From a virus (lineage: Duplodnaviria; Heunggongvirae; Uroviricota; Caudoviricetes), in IMG/VR virus record IMGVR_UViG_3300019378_000003: a stretch of DNA of 64,000 nt, one strand, 5' to 3'. The translations under genes were made by a program, and so were the position numbers. Position 1 is the stretch's first letter. Each line of letters opens with the position of its first letter. The notes under the pieces were generated by a model that worked only from the letters and a program-made list of their open reading frames with translations, did no database searches and was not told the origin of the DNA. Shown here piece after piece: positions 48,388 to 60,927 of the stretch.

Positions 48388-49983
48388 ATGGCTTTAAACT
48401 TTGGTAAAGGTAATAGAAGTATAGCTTTCGCCCCGACTGCGGCATTCCCGCTTAACGCGAATAGCTATTTTGAAAGTTATGACCTCGCTCTTGCTGCTGC
48501 GTTAACCGCAAAGCCAGCAGGCGACACTACTACTAAATATTATTTCGGCCAAGAAATTGCTGTTGCCGAAATGGTAGATAACGTACCTTAGAGTGCGAAA
48601 TTATATATCATCGCTCCTGAAGCTCAAGAAGATGGTTCTGTTGTAGGAACTCTTCAAGAGGTTGGCTCTGCCACTGACGGCGATGGTAAATCTATTGAAC
48701 TTGTCGAAGGCGTTCTTTCTGTAAAGGATTTCGGCAAGCGTTTTTATAAATACATCGCAGCTACAGAAACTGAAGAAGCTAAATATGAACTTGTTGAAGT
48801 TTCTGAAAGCAACCCTTGGAAATCCGGTTTACAACCTCGCATTGATGCCGAAGGTAATATCGCTTGGTACGAACCCAATCCTACTACTATTGAAGGAGTA
48901 CAAGATTAGGTAACTGGTATTCAAGGCGATGTCGAATAGGCTCAACAAGATATTGACGCAGTTGAAGAAAACCTCGTAAAAGCTGAAGAGAAAATTGATT
49001 CTATCAATGATACTCTTTATGGCACCGACGGTGAAGAAGCTGTCGAAGGTCTTGTTGATAAAGTAGCAACTCTTGAAAGTGAAATGGATGCTGTTCAAGG
49101 AGCTATTGAAAATACCTATACAAAAGAAGAAGTTGATGGTCTTGTAAGTGGAGTATTCCATTTTAAGGGCGAAGCCGAAAGTGTTGATGCACTTCCTGCT
49201 GCTTCTGCTGAAAATGTAGGTCATGTATATCAAGTTGGTGATCTTGAATATGCTAGCAATGGTGAAGAGTGGGTTGAACTTGGTTTCGTTGTTGATTTAA
49301 GTTCTTATGCGACTAAGACTTATGTTGATGATGAAGTTAAAGAAGTTCAAGATGCTCTTGATATTGCTGAAGGTATTATTGAAGGACATACTTCTGATAT
49401 CGAAGAAATTAATGGTGCTATCGAGCGTATCGATGGCGAAATTGATGTTCTTGAAGAAGCTGATAGAGGATTTACTTCTCAATTTGAAACCGTAAATGGC
49501 AAGATTGAAGCCCTTGAAACTGCGGATGAAACATTTACTTCTCAATTTGAAACTGTAAATGGTAAAATTGAGGCTCTTGAAGCTGCAGATATTGCTTTTG
49601 ATACTAAAGTTGGTTCTCTTGAAACTACACTTGGTAATATAAATTCTAGAGTTGGCGCTCCTTCTGAAGGTTCTACAATTACTGTATTGTTCCCAGCTGT
49701 TGAATCTTTACAGAATAGAATTAATGATTTAGAAATTAATTCTGGCGCTGGCGAATTAAATATTATTAATGGTATTACCATTAATGGAACTGCTCTTACT
49801 CCAGACGGTTCAAAAAATGTTGCTCTTCCAATTTTTGATGGCTCCAATATTGGTCTTGTACCTGTTGTTGGTGATGATATTGTTACTGCCACTTCTTTCT
49901 TGTCCGCAGAAGGCGCATGGATTGATGTCGCTTCTATGATTGATAATAAGATCGATGAGGCATTAACTTGGGAAGAAATTTAA
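48388..49983 (+). CDS. Coiled-coil fiber protein, 531 aa, 3 in-frame TAG.
   Basis: AAGGAGG then ATG 48388. Track ORFs 48388 and 49084 are in the same frame. The gene ends at TAA. It contains a perfect 20-aa (60-nt) tandem repeat, GFTSQFETVNGKIEALE(T/A)AD. Confidence 0.5.
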
Positions 49984-50013
49984 AAATAAAAAAGAAAAAG
50001 GGGATATTTAACT

Positions 50014-51687
50014 ATGGCTTTAACTGATAGCATTCGTTTTAGATAGGGTAGTTTAGCCTCCCTCGTTAATCAGTCTGTTGTTAATGGTTCTTTATGGTTC
50101 ACCACTGACGAAGGTGCAATTTATTTAGACGTTAATGGTAGCCGTGTTCGCTTCGGTGATTTTGTAACTGTTGCTAACGTTGCTTCTCTTCCTACTGCAG
50201 GTCATGCTTATGAATCTGCTCTTTACTATGCAAAAGCTGAAAATGTTCTTGCTCGTTGGGATAAAGCCTCTAGCAAGTGGGTTCAGCTTAATGCTGCTGG
50301 CTTAACCAAGGTTAATGTTACTGGTGGTGGCAATGTTCTTGCTGGTGCCACTACAACTGTTGACCCTGAAACTGGTGCAAAGGTTCTTACCTTTACCACT
50401 CAGAATGTTGCAACTTCTGAAGAACTCGGCACTATGCAGACTCGCGTTTCCACTCTTGAAACCAAGATGGAAGGCGTTCAGGCTGACATTACAACTTTAA
50501 AGGGCACAGGCGAAGGTTCTGTTGCTAAGGCTGTTGCTGATGCTAAGGCAGACCTTCAGGCAAAAATTGATGCAGTTGATGCTCTTGCTGATCAAGGTAT
50601 CGCAGATGCTGCTGCTGCAAAAACTTATGCAGAAGGCGTTCAGAGCAACTTAAATGCTACTAATCTTCGCATGGATACTGCTGAAGCTGATATTGATGCT
50701 TTACAGACAGCTATTGGCGAAGGTGGCAGTGTTGACGAGAGGATTGAAGATCTAAAAGAAGAAATCCTTGGTGATGCTAATAGTGCAGCAGGCTCTGCGA
50801 CTGTTTCTGGTGCTAATAAAGCCGCCGCAGCCGCACAAGCCGCCGCAGATGCTGCACAACAAGCTGCTGATGATGCTCAGGCAGATGCCGATGCTAACGC
50901 AGGTGAAATCAGCGGTCTTAAGACTCGTATGGACGGAGCAGAAGCTGATATCGACGATCTTCAGGCTGCTGTTAATACCTTAAATGGTGATGACAAGACT
51001 GAAGGTTCTGTAGATTATAAAGTAGCTCAGGAAGTTGCTAAAATCTTAAATGATAACGACGCTTCTGATATTGACACTCTTGAAGAAATTGCTGCTTGGA
51101 TTAAGAATGATACCGCAGGTGTTGGTTCTCTTGTAAGCCGTCTTGATGCCGTTGAATCTAAGAACAATTCTCAAGATACTTTAATTGAAGGCTTAGATGC
51201 TGAAATCGATGCTAACAAACAGGCTGCCGAAAAGGCCGTTTCTGATCTTGAAGAAGCACTTATTGGTGATGCTGAGACCTATACCGATCTTGGCAAGGCT
51301 GAAGATGCTATTATCGCAGCTAAGGCTCAGGCTGATAAAGGCGTTGCTGACGCAGCTGCTGCTTCTGCAGCCGCCGCCCAGGTTCAGACTAATTTAAATG
51401 CAACTAATGGTCGTGTAGAAGGCGCAGAAGCTGATATCGATGACCTTCAGGCCCGCATGACTCAGGCAGAAGCTGATATTGACGCTCTTGAAGCTGCTGA
51501 TACTACTATCCGTGGCGAATTCGCAGCTGCTGATACTGCACTTAAGAATGAACTTAAAGGCGATGCCACCACTTATACCGATCTTGGCAAAGCAGAAGAC
51601 GCTATCCAGGCTAACACTGGTTCTATCAATACTATCAATACCAACATTGAAGCTATCAATGCTGTTTTGACTTGGGATACTTTTTAA
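50014..51687 (+). CDS. Coiled-coil tail fiber, 557 aa, 1 in-frame TAG.
   Basis: ATG 50014 is in frame with track ORF 50434, through a TAG at 50041. N-terminal motif reads ...GSLWFTTDEGAIYLDVNGSRVRFGD. It has repeated AEADID(A/D)LQ heptad blocks. The gene ends at TAA, followed by a terminator. Confidence 0.5.
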
Positions 51688-51695
51688 TTAATAAG

Positions 51696-51735
51696 AAAGG
51701 CGGATATTAACTAATAATATCCGCCTTTATTTTTA
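51696..51735 (+). terminator. Rho-independent terminator.
   Basis: AAAGGCGGATATTA-actaa-TAATATCCGCCTTT hairpin followed by ATTTTTAT. Confidence 0.7.
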
Positions 51736-51764
51736 TATAAATAAGAAAAAAAGGAGGACTCTAA

Positions 51765-54700
51765 ATGGGCATTATGGATTCTCCAGTAAGATTTTTCAAA
51801 GGCTCTAAATCTGCCATTGACAATTTTTAGGGAATTGAAGATGGAAGATTGTTTTTTGCGACAGATACAAAATAGATAATGCTTGACTGTAATTTTACAG
51901 ACAGCGAAGCAAATAACTATAATAAGAGAATTACTTTTGGTGGGTCTACTGGTATTCACTATGCAAATCGCACTTTCACAGAAGATGAAATTGCAGCTGA
52001 TTTGTATGTCTTTTCCATTTTAGATGGTCATATCGATCAAGAAGGAGAAGAACTTCCTGAGATTGATGATCTAATTTTGAACGTAAAAGATGGCTCATTT
52101 TATCGTGTCACAAGACGAGATGAAACAGAGCTTACTGTAGAAGCTACTAAATTGACAATTTCCGGTTCTGGTGGCGGCGGTGGAACCGATGGTGGCGGTG
52201 GATATATTTCACGTACGCTATTATCTGATCGTACCTTATATGCCACTAAAACTTCTGCGAATATTCAAATGAAATATACTTGTTATTCTACTGCAGATGG
52301 CGCAAGTATTCGTGCTACAGTGTATGTTGGTACGGGCAGTGGCAGAAAACAAGTTGATTATTTCCCAGAAGTTAGCCAAGAAGAACCCAATATCGTTAAC
52401 ATTGCGGAATATATGTCTACTTTAAAATTGAATGCCGCCAACACAATTACCATTCAATTAGAAGATGATTATGAAAATTCCATTTCAGTATCTTGTACTG
52501 TATATGTTTATGATATGTATGTTACTCTTGTTGGTAGTAGCATGATTTTACCCCAAGAGAACGATTTTACTTTCCAGGTTCGTCCATATGGAGGCCAAGA
52601 ATTATCTAATCGCGCATTAGTATATGAATTGCGTCAAGCAGGTAGTGATTCTGTTATTGCGAAAGAAATTGAATATACCACTGCTGACAATGGCTCTTCT
52701 GCGAATAAAACTATTAAAAAGCAAGAGCATGGCGAATATACTTTAACTGTATATTTACAAGGTTAGATTCCTAAATCTGAAGAGTATTTAACTTCTCCTC
52801 CTATTCAAATCGAAATTCCATTTTATAATGCGAATGCTTCTTCTCCTCTAATTACTGCCACTTCAGGTATTACTTCTGCCACACAGTACGATAAAATTAA
52901 AATCGATTACATGATTACATATGGAGCAACAAGTACTTCATACGTTAAATTGTTAGCAGAATATGATGAAGGCTTTGGCTCTCGCGTAGTCGGAGAAGAA
53001 ATGATTGTTGAAATCAATAATAAGGAATTCTATAATTGGAATGTAACTTTTGATAAAGCTGCAACTTATTATTTATCAATTATTTATTTGGATTCAAACC
53101 AAAATGAAACCGATTATGCCAAAATCTTTACTCCAATTATTGTTGAATCTTTTGATGAAGAAGTTCCAGTAATCAATACTGCTGATCCATCATTAATGTT
53201 ATACTTCACCTCTAAAGGTAAGTCTAATAATAGCCAAGATAAAGATACTTGGGTTTCTAAGTATTATGGTGGAGAAGTAAAAGCACAATTTTCTAACTTT
53301 AACTGGAACACTAATGGTTGGATTGAAGGCCCAGACGGTTTAGGTTTACATCTTACCAATGGCGCAAAAGTAGTTATTCCTTATTCTCCATTTAAACCTG
53401 ATAGTAACGGTTTGGGTGCAGAAAATTTAGGTCGTACTATTGAATTAGATTTCAAGATTTCTAATGTGCGCGATGAAATGGCTCCTGGTATTCAATGCCG
53501 TTCTTACTATACAGCTGAATTAGATGATGGCACCAAAGAAGAAATTACCCAAGTAGGTTTTTAGATTTATGGTAATAAGAGTCAGATGAACTCTGCTTAG
53601 GTAAAATCTAAAATTACTGATATGAGTGGATGGACTACGATGTTCAAAGCAGGAACACGTATTCATTTAACCTATGTTATTAATAGTGTAAATGATACTC
53701 CTCCTCGTATTTTTTATACTTTCTTAAATGGTGTTACTTCTTCTCTATCTGCTTATACAGAAACAGACCAATTTATTGACTTATCTGAAGATAAAGATAA
53801 AAATATTTTCGATTCTGAATTTATTTTTGATTCTTCATATATGGATATTGATATTTATTCAATTAGAGTTTATCAATCTTCATTGAGACCAAATGATGTT
53901 CTTCGTAACTGCATCGCAGATAAATCTTCTGCTACTGACGCAGCAGCAGAATGGAAATAGAATGATGTTTTAACTACCTTCGAAGATAGAACAACTGGTA
54001 TTGACCTTGAAGAAGTTATAAAGCTTGGCAATATTCCTTATATGGTATTTTATGATGGTCGTGATACCGGTAGTAAGAAAGATGAAGGCTGGGAAGACCC
54101 TGATTTTGAAGACGGCGAATTCCCGACTTCTGATGAATCTAGATTGCCAACTGGTAAAAAGGACTTCCGTCACATGGAAATGTATTATGTTGACCCAATT
54201 CGTGGTGAAAAATATAATATTGGTACTCCTGATAGTCCAGTAATTGTTACTTGCTACGCTCAAGGTACTTCCTCTCTGGAATATCCTGTCAAGAACTTGC
54301 GTATTTATTTCCGCAAGAAGGATGACGGCAATCACCCGAATCAAATTGCTAAATATTCTTTAGAAGATAAACTTCCCGCTGTTAACTTGTTTACTTTAAA
54401 AGCAGACTACATGGAATCTGCTAGTGCTCATAATACTGGTACTGCTAATATTTTGGATGAACTTTATAATTCAATTGGATTAAAGAGTCCTGCTGCGGCA
54501 GCTTATCCAGATAATAGAATTGTAACTGCGATTTTGGGACATCCTATTGTTTGTTTCTATAAGCCATATAAAGCAAGTGCAGAATTCCCGGATCGTTATC
54601 AATATATAGGTCGTTATAATTTTAATTTAGATAAAGCTACTCATGAATTATTCGGTTTTGAATCCGAAATGGAGGCATATGGTTCCCAGAAGAAACCTTG

Positions 54701-57700
54701 GGGCTATTTACAGAATGCGGATGGCTCTTTAAGAGACGGTTTTAATACAGCTCTTGAATTTACCGATGGAAAAGTATATTATTCTGAACCTAACTTAGAA
54801 TCCACTAAAATTGAATTCACTCAAGCTACAGAAGAAGACCGCGAAAAGGCATTTGGTAAGCAAGCTGCTATTGGCCCAATGTATGAATATAAGAGCGCAG
54901 AAGAAGGCGTTACTTGTGTTCAATGTTGGGAGTTCTTAAATAATACTAGTCCATTAGTTGGATTTAGAGAATATTGGGATGAAGAAGTAGATAAAGTTGA
55001 AATAACTCATAAAGATGATACCGGAAAAACTGTAGTAGATCATGCTCCTTATGCTGACTGGACAGGCGCTTTTGAATCTCGTTATCCAGAACATGAAGAG
55101 GAAGCTTCAACTGATAAACGTACTTTAGCAAGAATGTTAAACTGGGTTGCATCTACTAATAGACATCCTGACGTTGTAGCAAAAGAATTAGCAGAACAGG
55201 GAAAAGATACTTCTCCTGAAGCTATTAAAGCAGAACAAGAAGCCAGATTAAATAAATTTAATTTAGAATTTGCTGAATATTTTGTTCCAGATTTTGTTGC
55301 TTTCTATTATGTCATTACAGAGTTTCTTCTTATGATTGACTCTCGTGCTAAGAACATGATGATGGCATGTTTTGATGCCGATCCAGAAAATAATACTGGA
55401 CATTGGATGCCTATTTTCTATGATATGGACACAATGCTTGGTGTTGATAACTCTGGTAACTTACGTTTCCCATATAGCCAAGAGGATAATCAACTTGATA
55501 CTTTTAATGCCGCAGGTACTTATGATGCTACTCAATATAGTGTATTGTGGTGTAATTATCGAGATGCTCGTTTTGGCGATATTAAAGCTATGTATCAAAA
55601 ATTACGCAAAGGTGGAGTATTTAATTATAATCGTCTTTTAAGAGCTTATAACGCTGATCAAGCAGACGCTTGGCAAGAAGTTTATATTAACGAAGACGCC
55701 GATTATAAATACATTGATCCTCTTGTTAGCGGATATGAAGTTTGGTTCGATCCAGAAGGCAATATTATTACTGCTGAAGAAGCAGCAAAAATTGAAGGCG
55801 CTAAGAAGAAGAGTGCTGCAAACTATTTATATGCCGCTCAAGGTACTCGTTCGCAGCATCGTAATTATTGGTTAGAAAAGCGCTTTAATTATTTAGATTC
55901 TAAATATAATTATTCTCAAGAGGTATTAGGCTCTTCTGCAGGTTCTGGTTTGAACTTCCGTTTGAATTCTGACCTAGCACAAGGCGCAGGTAAGCCCAAG
56001 TTCTCTGGTGACTTTGATTTCATTTCATTAGCAGACCAATATGTAACTGTTGACTATGCTCAAGGAAATATTGTTGGTCCTGTTCGAATTTATGCAAATC
56101 AGCCTTATCATGTTGATAGTCCTTTTGAGACATCGACTGACCAAGAAATGTATATCTATGGTCTTGATGATATTGTTGAACTGGGTGACCTTTCTACCAA
56201 ATACTTTAATAAGTTCCAGTTAAATAAGGCAACAAAATTACGTAAATTAATTCTTGGTTCTCACGAAGGTAATTTCAGTAATCCGAACCTTGGTACGGCA
56301 AATATTTTTAATATTGGTGAGAAGGGAGCAAATGTTCCATTCCTAGAGGAAATTAATATTGAAAATTGTTCCGGTATTAAAGATGCTTTGGATTTGTCTG
56401 CTTGTCCTTATTTACAAAAAGTATATGCAAAAGGCTCAGCAATTACTACTGTAAATTTCTATCCCGGTGGAAACTTATAGCACATAGAATTGCCATCTTC
56501 CACTACTGCTCTCTCCTTGAACGGCCAATTGTTCTTTAATACTAAAGATCATCCTGAAAATTTGAGCATTGAGAGCTATCGTAGATTAGCAAAAATGCAT
56601 ATTACTAATTGTCCTCTTGTTGATTCTAAGACTTTGTTTAAGAATACTATTTATACTGCTAGTTCAGGTAATGATGTTAGCTCTCTTTTAAATATTCGCT
56701 TAGATGATTTAGATTGGACTTTTGACGTAGATGAATGCGTATTTAAAGATAATGTTTTAACTAATATTCCACTATTAGATATTTTGGTCACTTTAAATGG
56801 TCTAAATACTGCAGGTAACAATATTACAAGAGCAGATATGAATAATGACTATTTGGCAGGAACTATCACTATTCTTAATGGCAATAATTATGGTATTAAT
56901 GAATTGACACTATATGAAAAGTATAGTATTTTATTCCCTAATTTACAATTTAAGTATACAGAAAATAATTATTGTACAAAAGCCTATTCTATTAATATTA
57001 ATAATGCTCAATCACAAATTCTTTATTCTTATTCAAAGAAAATTAAAGCTACTGATATTGCTACATATAGTGAGAATTTAGAATCTTGGTTCACTCCAGT
57101 TGTTTTAGAGTATAATGAGATTGTAGATGAAGTAACAGGTGAAGTTTCTCGTGTTCCAAAAAATTATGACGAAACAAATCATTTGCCTCCTCTTGTAAAA
57201 CAATCTACAGCACAGTATATTTATGATTTCCGTGGCTGGGGATTAGAGAAGCCATTAGATTTCTCTGAACGTGATTATACTTCTGACGAGAGAGAACAAG
57301 CTATTGCAGATTCTCTCGCAATTAAAGTATCTTATACTATTGATGAAGATAATAATTATACCTATACCGCAGAAAAAGTTAATGGTTTTGAATTGAACAT
57401 AGATGCATTTGGTACTGACCAAGAAATTAATTTTTATCCAGTTTACGCCGCAGATTTGAACACTCATATTGTTCGTTTCTACGATGGTATAAATAGTGAG
57501 CCATTAAAGGTTGAGCGTGTAAAATATGGTTAGTCAGCGACTCCTCCTCAGAATCCGCAGAAACTTGAATTGCCCGAAAACGATAAGACAGTTGCTTACT
57601 CTTATCCTTTTATTGGTTATAATCTTCCTTACGACAATATTGTTATGGAGCTTAATACCATCGCCCAATATGGTACAAAGAAACCTTTATCCAAAATGAC

Positions 57701-58760
57701 AGGCGATGAAATTAGTCGAGATTACTTCAAACCTGCGAGTGTTAGTGAAGGTGTAGATTATCTTACCAGTGATGAAATCGCTATTGGTATTAAACCTGAC
57801 TTTGCAGACGAGGCTATTATTATTCCTTCTACTTATGACGGAAAACCTGTTGGTCTAGTTAGAGTAGAGTATGGCGACTAGCAACCTAAGAACTTACGTC
57901 GTATTTTCTTCGAAGAAGGAAATACAATTAAGGTTATCGGCAATAATTTTATGGCAGAAAACAAGAATATTGAATTCTGTGATTTGTCTGCTCTTGGCTC
58001 ATTATCACTTATCGGTATTCAAGCTTTTATGAATTGTTTTAATTTAACATTTAAGTCACTGCCGAATAGCGTTACAAAAATTGACACTAATGCTTTTGCT
58101 TATTGCTCTTCAATTAATTTTTCTGCTTTACCTGATAAGTTAGAATCATTAGGTCCTAATGCATTTAGGTCTTGTGAATCTTTAGGAGAAATTACAATTA
58201 ATAATACTTAGCTCACACAAATCCCTGATTACGCTTTTGAACGTTGTACTAATCTTAAGATCAAGGGCGAAACTATCAATTGTTTAGTTACTACAATTGG
58301 TTAGTATTCATTTGATTATTGTAGTAATTTAGTTTTGAATTTTGATATTGATTCTACTAATAGACTATCTACAATTAAAGATTTTGGCTTCGGTCATACT
58401 CCAATGTTAAATATCAATAATTTCCCAAGCAATCTTACTTCTATCGGCACTTCAGGTATGAGTTCTGTAAATGGTGCTGGAGGCTTGTTGACAGCTAATG
58501 TAATTCCTAAGACTGTTACCTCAATCGGTGGTGGCGCATTTATGTTTAGAAAATTGGCAGATGAAAATCTTGGTATCCTTATTATCGAAAATCCAAATAT
58601 TATTTTAGCAGATAGTGCTTTCTCATATTTGTCAGGGGTAAAGGAAATTTGGGTTCCAAAATCTGTTGATTTAAATAGTGCTCCTTGGAATTCTGAAACT
58701 TGTTTTGGATGTACTCAATCCTCTCCTGGTGTTATTATAAAACACAATCCTAATGGCTAA
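51765..58760 (+). CDS. Giant tail fiber/receptor-binding protein, 2331 aa. Central CotH-like region, C-terminal BspA-type leucine-rich repeats.
   Basis: AAGGAGG then ATG 51765. Nine track ORFs (51879...58335) are all frame 0. I checked every junction (52766, 53564, 53960, 56480, 57533, 57881, 58211) and found TAG only. The gene ends at TAA 58758-58760. N-terminal anchor motif reads FKGSKSAIDNFQGIEDGRLFFATDTKQIMLD. The LRR region reads ...IGIQAFMNCFNLTFKSLPNSVTKIDTNAFAYCSSINFSALPDKLESLGPNAFRSCESLGEITI... Confidence 0.6.
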
Positions 58761-58775
58761 TGAAGAGGTATTATT

Positions 58776-59000
58776 ATGAAAAAAGTTATATTATATCAAT
58801 ATGTAAATGATAACAATGAAGTGGTAGTAACTACTGAGCCGATGTCAGAAACATCGGCTCAGATCTTCTATCTTTTAACTGCGGACGAAGGTTATTATTT
58901 ATATAATAAAAAATTACATCATAAAAGGAAGTCTACAATTACTTCCGATTATCTTGCAGATAATTGGGAAGAATTAAAATAGAAAGAAGGAAATGAGTAA
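58776..59000 (+). CDS. Small hypothetical protein, 74 aa, 1 in-frame TAG.
   Basis: ATG 58776, ending at TAA 58998-59000, which overlaps the next ATG. Confidence 0.35.
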
Positions 59001-60349
59001 TGGCTATTATAGCTTCTGAACATGTATTAGGTCTTGCGATGGGCCAAGAGGCGAAATTAACTACGCCTGGCACTACGGGTTATTTAACCCCCAAGGCTGG
59101 TATGATGTACATTACAACAGATACTCATAAATTATTTGTTGATACTGTTGATGGTACTCGTATTGCGATTAAATCTCCTGAAGCTGCGAAAGTAACTAAT
59201 GCTTTTACTATTAAGGTTGGAGGCACTGCTTTAGGATCTGCCTTTAATGGTTCTGCTGCTAAAACAGTTAATTTTGTTGCTGGTACAAACATGCAGCTTG
59301 TTCCATCTAATAATAATACAATTACAATTAATAATACTTTGTCTATTCCAACCTCTTTGAAAAATCCTTATGCTTTAACATGGGGAAATAAATCTTATGA
59401 TGGTTCTGCTGCGAAAGAAATTACTTTAGAAGATTTCGGTATTACCAATGTTCTTCACTTCTTGGGAACTACTACTGATACTAATGTTGTAGACAACGGT
59501 ACCACCAAGACTATTACTATTGGTGGCGCTTCTGTTACTGCAGTTTCTGGTGATATCGTAATTAGAGACAATGTTGAATATATCTGGACGGGAACCGCTT
59601 GGGAAAAGCTTGGAGACGAAAATCTTTGGGTTCCAAATACTCGCACTGTTAGTGCTGGTTCTGGATTAACTGGTGGCGGAGCATTATCTGGCAATCTTAC
59701 TATTTCTCACGCTACTTATAATTGCACCCATCCAACCAGTGGCGATTTTGTGTCAAGTATTGCTGAAACCAATGGTCATGTTACAGGATATACCAAGACT
59801 AGCTGGTCTAGCGTAAGAAAAACTTTAGCTTTAAAAATTAATGGCACTGCTCAAACTACTTATGATCCATTTGGCTCAGCAAATCAAAGCTTTAATGTTC
59901 CTGTAATGACTGCAGGAGATTCTTCCAAGGCAAGTACAATTGGTTTAGTTCCAGCCGCAGCTGCAGGAGCGACTACTCGTTTCTTATGCGCCGATGCTAC
60001 TTGGCACTCTCTTGTAGCGGGTACCGGTATTAGTGTTAATGGATTAACTATTAGTAATGCTGGCGTACGTAGTATCACTAAAAAGTCTAATGGTGTACTT
60101 ACAATTGCTACTGGAGAGGCTTCTGGTGATATTACAGTTTATAGCTTACCAGCAGCAACTACTAGCGCTCTTGGTGGTGTAAAAGTTGGTAACAATATTT
60201 CTGTAGATAGTGGTGTAATCAGCCTTACCGCAAATAATGTGAAAAATGCATTGGGTGTTGCTACAGCTAGCGCAGATGGTTATTTACAAAAAACTGATTT
60301 TGCTCTATTCACAGAAGCTCATGATTCTATTGTTTGGGGTACTTTCTAA
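59000..60349 (+). CDS. Tail fiber protein, 449 aa, no TAG.
   Basis: N-terminal motif reads ...GYLTPKAGMMYITTDTHKLFVDTVDGTRIAI. The protein is Gly/Thr/Ser-rich and beta-rich. C-terminus is ...SADGYLQKTDFALFTEAHDSIVWGTF. It ends at TAA, followed by a terminator. Confidence 0.5.
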   Translation: MAIIASEHVLGLAMGQEAKLTTPGTTGYLTPKAGMMYITTDTHKLFVDTVDGTRIAIKSPEAAKVTNAFTIKVGGTALGSAFNGSAAKTVNFVAGTNMQLVPSNNNTITINNTLSIPTSLKNPYALTWGNKSYDGSAAKEITLEDFGITNVLHFLGTTTDTNVVDNGTTKTITIGGASVTAVSGDIVIRDNVEYIWTGTAWEKLGDENLWVPNTRTVSAGSGLTGGGALSGNLTISHATYNCTHPTSGDFVSSIAETNGHVTGYTKTSWSSVRKTLALKINGTAQTTYDPFGSANQSFNVPVMTAGDSSKASTIGLVPAAAAGATTRFLCADATWHSLVAGTGISVNGLTISNAGVRSITKKSNGVLTIATGEASGDITVYSLPAATTSALGGVKVGNNISVDSGVISLTANNVKNALGVATASADGYLQKTDFALFTEAHDSIVWGTF

Positions 60350-60403
60350 TTGGTCCGTCTAAATTAAATAATCTAAATTGCTTTCTATATTATTTAGAGC
60401 ATC

Positions 60404-60440
60404 GGGAGGAGTCTATTTCTGGGCTCCTCCCATTTTTTTA
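60404..60440 (+). terminator. Rho-independent terminator.
   Basis: GGGAGGAG-(12-nt loop)-CTCCTCCC hairpin followed by ATTTTTTT. Confidence 0.55.
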
Positions 60441-60459
60441 TTATAAAGGAGATTTGATT

Positions 60460-60927
60460 ATGCCAAACATTATTTTTGAGAATGGCGGTCATTTAAGAAC
60501 GACTCAATGTTCTGCAGATGAAGTATATGGTATTGAATCTCTTCAAATTTACATTCCTACTATTTATAATAATTCTCAAATTTTCCTTATGCTCAAGAAT
60601 AAGTAGAATTTATATGAAATAGTAGAATTAGTAAAAAGCAAAAGAGAAAAAAACCATATCATTTGTAAGATTGCCGCAGGTTAGAATTTTAGAGTTTCTA
60701 ATGATTTAATGACTTTGGCAATCTTAATTCTTGATCCAGTAAAAAATATATTTGAATTTAGTAAGGAAATTGAAATTAATCTTACAACTGATAAATATAT
60801 TATGGCGCGGCAAATTCAATTAGCGGCGCAATTAGGATCACAAGTTTAGGCTTATTATCAAAAGATAGTAGAGCTTACTGAAGAAAATAAAAAAATATAT
60901 GAATAGATGAAAGGGGTACATATATAA
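60460..60927 (+). CDS. Hypothetical protein, 155 aa, 4 in-frame TAG.
   Basis: AAAGGAG then ATG 60460, in one frame to TAA 60925-60927 (TAATGA overlap with the next gene). The track ORF 60334-60606 is a 5'-overextended fragment of this gene. Confidence 0.4.

Noticed and set aside
41814-60349. A diversity-generating retroelement targeting the fiber C-termini.
   Set aside because: There is no reverse-transcriptase gene and no template-repeat/variable-repeat pair. The internal repeats are protein-level domain repeats.
60334-60606. Track ORF 60334-60606 starting inside the end of the 59000 fiber gene.
   Set aside because: Its 5' part overlaps the upstream gene and the terminator. The real start is ATG 60460, after AAAGGAG, and the gene continues through TAG to 60927.
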